This document shows, one piece after another, positions 52,786 through 57,350 of a DNA stretch of 57,350 nucleotides. The first letter of the stretch is position 1, and each line of letters begins with the position of its first letter. The position numbers and the translations under genes are program-made. The notes under the pieces were generated by a model. It worked only from the letters and a program-made list of their open reading frames with translations. It searched no databases and had not been told where the DNA came from. Source of the stretch: Candidatus Dormibacteria bacterium (GTDB taxonomy: Bacteria; Chloroflexota; Dormibacteria; Aeolococcales; Aeolococcaceae). The stretch spans positions 1-57,350 of the forward strand of contig JBHEMT010000117.1 in assembly GCA_046262435.1 (NCBI GenBank). The letters are read 5' to 3'.

Positions 52786-52796
52786 GCCCGCCTGAC

Positions 52797-54494
52797 TCAG
52801 CGGTCCGGGGGCGCAGTGTCCTCGGACGCCGGCTGGATGGGATAGCGGCTCTGGTCCACCACCAGACCGAGGTCGGCCGGGCGCAGCGGAGAACTCAGGC
52901 CTGAGTAGAGGACAAGGCCGCCGATGGTCGTCCGGTCGTACCTCACGCCGCGGTCCGCGCAGGCCGTCTCGAACCTTGGGATGACGGGGTCGTGGGCGAC
53001 GAACAGCCAGCTCGGTCGCGGGTCGCGGTTGGCTGCCGCCTGGATGCCGGGGAACCCCACGAAGCCGTTGTACTCGCCCATCAGCAGGCGCTCGCCACTG
53101 GCATACAGCAGGGGTCGCTCCAGCCAGTAGTCGGCGTAGATGGCGCCCAGGTGGCGGCCCTCGAGGACGGGGCTGAGGCGCCCCACGTCGACCGGAACCG
53201 GGGCTCCCGTCGATGTGCCCGCGCCCACCTGGGGGGTACGCGCCACGGTGACCGCCTCGACCACCAACCAGGCGGCGAGCAGGGCCGTACCCGGCACCCG
53301 CCAGCGGCCGAGGACGGCGGCGGTGGCGACCACCAACGGGAGGGCGAGGGGAAGAAGGTACCGCGGCTCGCAGGAAACCCCGTTGAACCCGCTGAGGGTC
53401 ACCGATGCCAGGGACAGCGGCGCGATGAGGAGTACGAGGTCCAGCGGCTCGACGGCCGACGCCTGGCCGCGCACGAGACGCCGCAGCCCCCGCCGGCGGG
53501 TGGCGGCTGTGCCGAGCAGCACCGCCGCGACCAACGCCACCGCCACCCCGCTGGGCACCGTCCGAGGGGCTCCGCAGGTACGCACCGCGCCGGTGAAGAT
53601 CGGAACCGCGGCATTCAGCACCTGCCGGGCGGCGGTCAGCCGGCCGACCCGGTCGCCGGCCAGGCCGTGCAGGCTGGCGCCGTGGTGGGCCAGGTTGTAC
53701 GCGACCCACGGGGCGTAGCCTGCCAGTCCGCCGGCGGCGGCCATAGCGCTGCCCCTGCCCACCCGCCGCCAGCCCAGCGCACCGACACGGAGCAGCAGCG
53801 CCAGCAGGCACGGCGCCAGGACAAGGACGAGGAGCGGTGTCGTCCAGAGCCCCACCCCACCGACCAGTCCCAGCGCCAGCCAGTAGCGCGGCGTTCCTCC
53901 CCGCCAGCCAATCCGCACCGTGAGCAGGAGCAGCAGCGCCTCGAGGGGCAGGATTTCACCGTACGCCCACAGGGCTCGCACCGGGAACAGGACCGCGAAC
54001 AGGGGGAACACCGCGGCCACCGCCGCGGTGCGCAGGCCGCCGCGGTGATCCTCGAAGATGGCCCGGCCCAGGACGTAACAGATGGCAACGTAGGCAGCGC
54101 CCATCATGCTCATCGGCAAGCGCAGCGCCAGGGTGCCCGCACCGAGCACGCGGACCCACGGGGCCGCCACGTAGGCGCCGATCGCACCGAGGTAGTGCGC
54201 GTTCGACTCCATGAGGATCAGGTGGCCATGACTGATGCGCAACGCCGCCACGCCGAGCGTCGCCTCATCGGCCTCGGGTGGTTGGAGAAGGCCGAGGCCG
54301 AGGCGCAGGCCGAACCCGGTTACGACCACGACAAGGAGTTGCAGCCGCTGCGCCGTGCTGATGCGCGCACGGCTCGCCGGGGACTGATGCGGCGCTGACT
54401 GCACCGGGACGTAACCAGCCTCGTCGCGAGGATCGACCGGCTCGCTGCGGGTGGAATCACCCGCTGGTGCGCGAGAACCTGACTTCCGGATCAT
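52797..54494 (-). CDS. polytopic GT-C-type glycosyltransferase (ArnT/PMT, GT39/GT83-like)
   Basis: ATG at 54494. About 11 hydrophobic helices in the N-terminal 350 aa, then a ~190-aa soluble C-terminal domain. The early loop ADEATLGVAAL...ESNAHYLG fits the acidic first-loop region of GT-C enzymes. The family call is by architecture only. Confidence 0.6.
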   Translation of the reverse strand: MIRKSGSRAPAGDSTRSEPVDPRDEAGYVPVQSAPHQSPASRARISTAQRLQLLVVVVTGFGLRLGLGLLQPPEADEATLGVAALRISHGHLILMESNAHYLGAIGAYVAAPWVRVLGAGTLALRLPMSMMGAAYVAICYVLGRAIFEDHRGGLRTAAVAAVFPLFAVLFPVRALWAYGEILPLEALLLLLTVRIGWRGGTPRYWLALGLVGGVGLWTTPLLVLVLAPCLLALLLRVGALGWRRVGRGSAMAAAGGLAGYAPWVAYNLAHHGASLHGLAGDRVGRLTAARQVLNAAVPIFTGAVRTCGAPRTVPSGVAVALVAAVLLGTAATRRRGLRRLVRGQASAVEPLDLVLLIAPLSLASVTLSGFNGVSCEPRYLLPLALPLVVATAAVLGRWRVPGTALLAAWLVVEAVTVARTPQVGAGTSTGAPVPVDVGRLSPVLEGRHLGAIYADYWLERPLLYASGERLLMGEYNGFVGFPGIQAAANRDPRPSWLFVAHDPVIPRFETACADRGVRYDRTTIGGLVLYSGLSSPLRPADLGLVVDQSRYPIQPASEDTAPPDR

Positions 54495-54639
54495 TGTCCC
54501 CGACGTTCGAATTGACGGTGCAGGTGCCCCACCGTGGACTCGGGCAGCCTCGGCTGGGGTCCCCACTCCGTACACTCGTGGCTGGGGCGGAGAGCACAGT
54601 ACACGCGGGACCGCGCCCCCAGAGGAGAACACGCAGACG

Positions 54640-56187
54640 ATGTCCCAGGACCTGGCAGCGCCCAGTGGCGCGACCGCCGACCGTGCGACCTCGCCTGCGG
54701 TGGTGGTGATCGGCGCCGGTCCTGCCGGGCTCACCGCGGCCTACCAACTGGTCAAGCGGGATGTCGCGGTGACGGTTCTCGAGGGCGACGCCATGGTCGG
54801 TGGCATCAGCCGGACCGCCGAGCGTGAGGGATGGCGCTTCGATATCGGCGGCCACCGTTTCTTCACCAAGGTTCCCGAGGTGGAGGCGCTCTGGCACGAG
54901 ATCCTCCCCGACGCGGACTTCATGCTCCGCCCGCGAATGAGCCGCATCTACTATCGGGGCAAGCTCTTCGACTATCCGCTCAAGGCATCGAACGCGCTGA
55001 AAAACCTGGGGGTCGTCGAGGCCGCGCGCTGTGTGCTCTCCTACGCCTGGGCGCGAATCCACCCGCCGAAGAACCAGGCCAACTTCGAGGGTTGGGTCGC
55101 GGCCCGGTTTGGCTGGCGCCTCTACAGCATCTTTTTCAAGACCTACACCGAGAAGCTCTGGGGAGTTCCGGCCAACACACTCCAGTCAGATTGGGCGGCG
55201 CAGCGGATCAAGAACCTCTCGCTGCTGTCAGCGATCATCAACGCGCTCCGGCCACAGCAGAACCAGCGTGAGATCACCTCGCTCATCGACCGGTTCCAGT
55301 ACCCCAAGCTTGGCCCCGGGATGATGTGGGAAACGGCGGCGCGCAAGATTCGCGACGGCGGCGGCCGGATCATCCTCGAGGAGAAGGTCACGGCGGTCCA
55401 CCACGCGGGCGGCCGGGCCACCGGGGTGACCACGGTGGTGACCGGTGGCTACGGTGCCGGTGCGGGTGCTCCCGCCTCCAGCCGGACCGACATCGGCAGC
55501 AACCATCAGTACGACGCCGCAGAGATCGTCAGCTCGATGGCCCTGTCCTCCCTGGTGCGGGTGATGCAACCGCCTGCGCCACCGGACGTGCTGCGCGCCG
55601 CCAACGCCCTGCGTTACCGCGACTACCTGACCGTGGCGCTGGTCGTTCCCGAGTCAGCCGGCTTCCCCGACAACTGGATCTACGTCCACTCCCCGGACGT
55701 CAAGCTGGGCCGGATCCAGAACTACGGGTCGTGGTCTCCACACCTGGTCAAGGAGGGGCGCACCTGTCTCGGGCTGGAATACTTCGTTTTCGAGGGCGAC
55801 GAGCACTGGCGGATGGCCGATGCCGACCTGATCGCCCTCGGTGAGCGTGAGCTGGCGGCACTCGGCCTGGTCAAGGCCGGGCAGGTGGAGCGTGGCTTCG
55901 TCGTACGCATGCCCAAGGCCTACCCGTTCTACGACGCGGACTACAAGGACAACGTGGAGATCATCCGCGCCTGGCTGAGGGCGAACGCGCCCAACGTGCA
56001 TCCGGTGGGCCGCAACGGTATGCACCGCTACAACAACCAGGACCACTCCATGCTCACCGCGATGCTGACCGTCGAGAACATCCTCGGATCCGATCACGAC
56101 GTCTGGACCGTCAACGTCGAGGAGGACTATCACGAGGAGGCCGCCCCGCCGGTCACGTCGTCGCAACCCGCGCAGCGGGTGGGCTGA
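54640..56187 (+). CDS. NAD(P)/FAD-dependent oxidoreductase (amine-oxidase / UDP-galactopyranose-mutase-like fold)
   Basis: ATG at 54640 with an AGAGGAG RBS. VVVIGAGPAGLTAAYQL...VLEGDAMVGGISRT...FDIGGHRFF. C-terminal GRNGMHRYNNQDHSM. Confidence 0.8.
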   Translation: MSQDLAAPSGATADRATSPAVVVIGAGPAGLTAAYQLVKRDVAVTVLEGDAMVGGISRTAEREGWRFDIGGHRFFTKVPEVEALWHEILPDADFMLRPRMSRIYYRGKLFDYPLKASNALKNLGVVEAARCVLSYAWARIHPPKNQANFEGWVAARFGWRLYSIFFKTYTEKLWGVPANTLQSDWAAQRIKNLSLLSAIINALRPQQNQREITSLIDRFQYPKLGPGMMWETAARKIRDGGGRIILEEKVTAVHHAGGRATGVTTVVTGGYGAGAGAPASSRTDIGSNHQYDAAEIVSSMALSSLVRVMQPPAPPDVLRAANALRYRDYLTVALVVPESAGFPDNWIYVHSPDVKLGRIQNYGSWSPHLVKEGRTCLGLEYFVFEGDEHWRMADADLIALGERELAALGLVKAGQVERGFVVRMPKAYPFYDADYKDNVEIIRAWLRANAPNVHPVGRNGMHRYNNQDHSMLTAMLTVENILGSDHDVWTVNVEEDYHEEAAPPVTSSQPAQRVG

Positions 56188-56262
56188 GGCTCGGCCATCT
56201 CCGCGCACGGCCTGCGGGCGTTGCCCCTGCTCAGCTCTCTTCTGGTCCGTGAGGAGGCTGAC

Positions 56263-57350
56263 GTGGCGGTACCCTCCGCTCCGCGGACAGGTACACGGCC
56301 GCGGGTTCAGGCACCGGGCTCAACACCCGCGTGGCGTGCTCTCTGGCTCCGCGGCTGGGAATGGGCGGTCATCGTCGCCTACGCAGCGGGTCTGGCCGCG
56401 GTCGTCCCCCGGCACGAGCCGTGGTTCGATGAGGCCCAGGCGTGGCTCATCGCCAGGGACTCGACGCTGGGGGAACTGCTCACCACGCGCATGCGCTACG
56501 AGGGCACACCTCCGCTCTGGCACCTGATCCTGCTGCCGGCGGTGCGACTGCATCTGCCCTACGCCACGCTCAATGTCATCGCCGCGGTGATCTCGCTGGT
56601 GGGAGTGTGGCTGGTGGTTCGCCGATCGCCCTTTCCACCGGTGGTGCGCGCTCTGCTGCCCTTCTCTTTCTTCATCTTCTACCAGTACGCGGTGGTGGCA
56701 CGGAGCTACTGCCTGCTTGCACCGCTGCTGTTCGCACTCGCCACGGTGTACCCGCGCAGGCTCGAGCAACCCTGGCGGTGGTTGGTGCTGCTGGCGCTGC
56801 TGGCCAACGTCAGCGTGCACGGCTTTCTCATCGCCGGGAGCCTCCAGGTGCTCCACCTCATCGAGGTGCGCCGGGCGTGGCCCAGCCTCGGTCGAATTGC
56901 GCGGCGGACGCAGGTCACCACGTCGGCGGCACTGGCCGTGGTCACCGCGGTCGTTCTGTTTGAGATTCGACCCCCCGCCGACCTCACCGCGGGCTCCACG
57001 ACCAATCTCAGCCCGCTGCAGTTTGTCCGTACCGCGCCGGCGAACCTGGTCCACGCACTGGGAATAAGCGTTATCTCAGTGGTGGTGCTCCTGGTGACCC
57101 TCTGGTGGCTGCGGCGCACCCGAAGCCTGCTCCTCTTCGTGGTCCCGGCCACCGCGGTGCTGCTGCTCTTCTCGGCCAAGTACTTCAACGTATGGCACGA
57201 GGGAGCCCTCTTCCTTCTCTGGGTTTTCGCCCTCTGGGTGAGTTTCGAGCGCAGCCCGGTGCGGCTGGGAAGTCGGAGGCCGCGTCAAGCGATCACCGCG
57301 GCGCTGCTGCTCAGCCTGCTCGTCCAGGTCAGCTGGACGCTCAACAGCGT
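56263..57350 (+). CDS. polytopic membrane protein, probable GT-C-like glycosyltransferase, 3' end beyond the window (not in ORF track)
   Basis: GTG at 56263, 5 nt after GAGGAGG. I translated 362 codons with no stop (VAVPSAPRT...WEWAVIVAYAAGLAAVVPRHEPWFDEAQAWLIARD...LLFSAKYFNVWHEGALFLLWVFALW...). There are at least 8 hydrophobic helices. Confidence 0.6.
   Translation, partial: MAVPSAPRTGTRPRVQAPGSTPAWRALWLRGWEWAVIVAYAAGLAAVVPRHEPWFDEAQAWLIARDSTLGELLTTRMRYEGTPPLWHLILLPAVRLHLPYATLNVIAAVISLVGVWLVVRRSPFPPVVRALLPFSFFIFYQYAVVARSYCLLAPLLFALATVYPRRLEQPWRWLVLLALLANVSVHGFLIAGSLQVLHLIEVRRAWPSLGRIARRTQVTTSAALAVVTAVVLFEIRPPADLTAGSTTNLSPLQFVRTAPANLVHALGISVISVVVLLVTLWWLRRTRSLLLFVVPATAVLLLFSAKYFNVWHEGALFLLWVFALWVSFERSPVRLGSRRPRQAITAALLLSLLVQVSWTLNS

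Noticed and set aside
56249-56527. 92-aa tracked ORF after the FAD oxidoreductase.
   Set aside because: It is R/G/S/P-rich and out of frame with the much longer open frame that starts at GTG 56263 behind GAGGAGG. That frame encodes a plausible polytopic membrane protein running to the window edge.

Overview
Gene-dense, roughly 70% GC chromosomal window with about 60 protein genes and one tRNA. I saw no rRNA, CRISPR array, transposase, integrase or obvious defence island, so most of it is core metabolism. All calls come from reading motifs by eye; no searches were run.

Gene order:
- 1-3500: fdxA (5' partial), dxs, a SirB1-like protein and a small membrane protein.
- 3647-5805: a translationally coupled pair of ArsA/Get3-like ATPases.
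- 5829-10392 (minus strand): SbcF-like nuclease, then an SbcE/YhaN-like ATPase, then a CheY-like receiver.
- 10518-13227 (minus strand): fabH-accD-accA.
- 13392-15846: an L,D-transpeptidase and hypothetical proteins.
- 15991-28914 (all plus strand): a 13-kb aerobic respiration block. It holds Rieske, cytochrome b6, subunit IV, a tri-haem cytochrome c, a NarL-type sensor pair, ctaC-ctaD-ctaA-ctaB, a CtaF-like protein, ctaG and a Gly-tethered lipoprotein cupredoxin.
- 28907-38623: birA, tRNA-Arg(CCG), an SCO1664-family kinase-like protein, a UDG-superfamily protein, three uncharacterised genes, a DUF503-helY pair and fadD.
- 38693-44333: an orphan ParA with a coupled 113-aa partner and a divergent TPR protein with an acidic tail, then a redox/TPR trio.
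- 44400-57350: argCJBD-GH (no argF or argR), a phosphoesterase, a zinc-ribbon miniprotein, and a glycosylation-type locus that runs off the 3' edge.

The split cytochrome b6/subunit IV together with actinobacterial-type genes suggests a high-GC Terrabacteria lineage (Chloroflexota, Dormibacterota or deep Actinomycetota-like). This is inference only.

No single element stands out as an unmistakable new system. The best candidates for undescribed biology are:
- the respiratory block with a tri-haem c subunit and a tethered cupredoxin;
- the ParA/partner/TPR module;
- the SbcEF-like pair with a membrane hairpin at the coiled-coil apex and a linked receiver;
- an internally duplicated hypothetical protein next to the bc operon.

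The ORF track misses four sub-60-aa membrane ORFs and a 3'-truncated CDS at 56263-57350. It also lists many long antisense ORFs that are high-GC artefacts.
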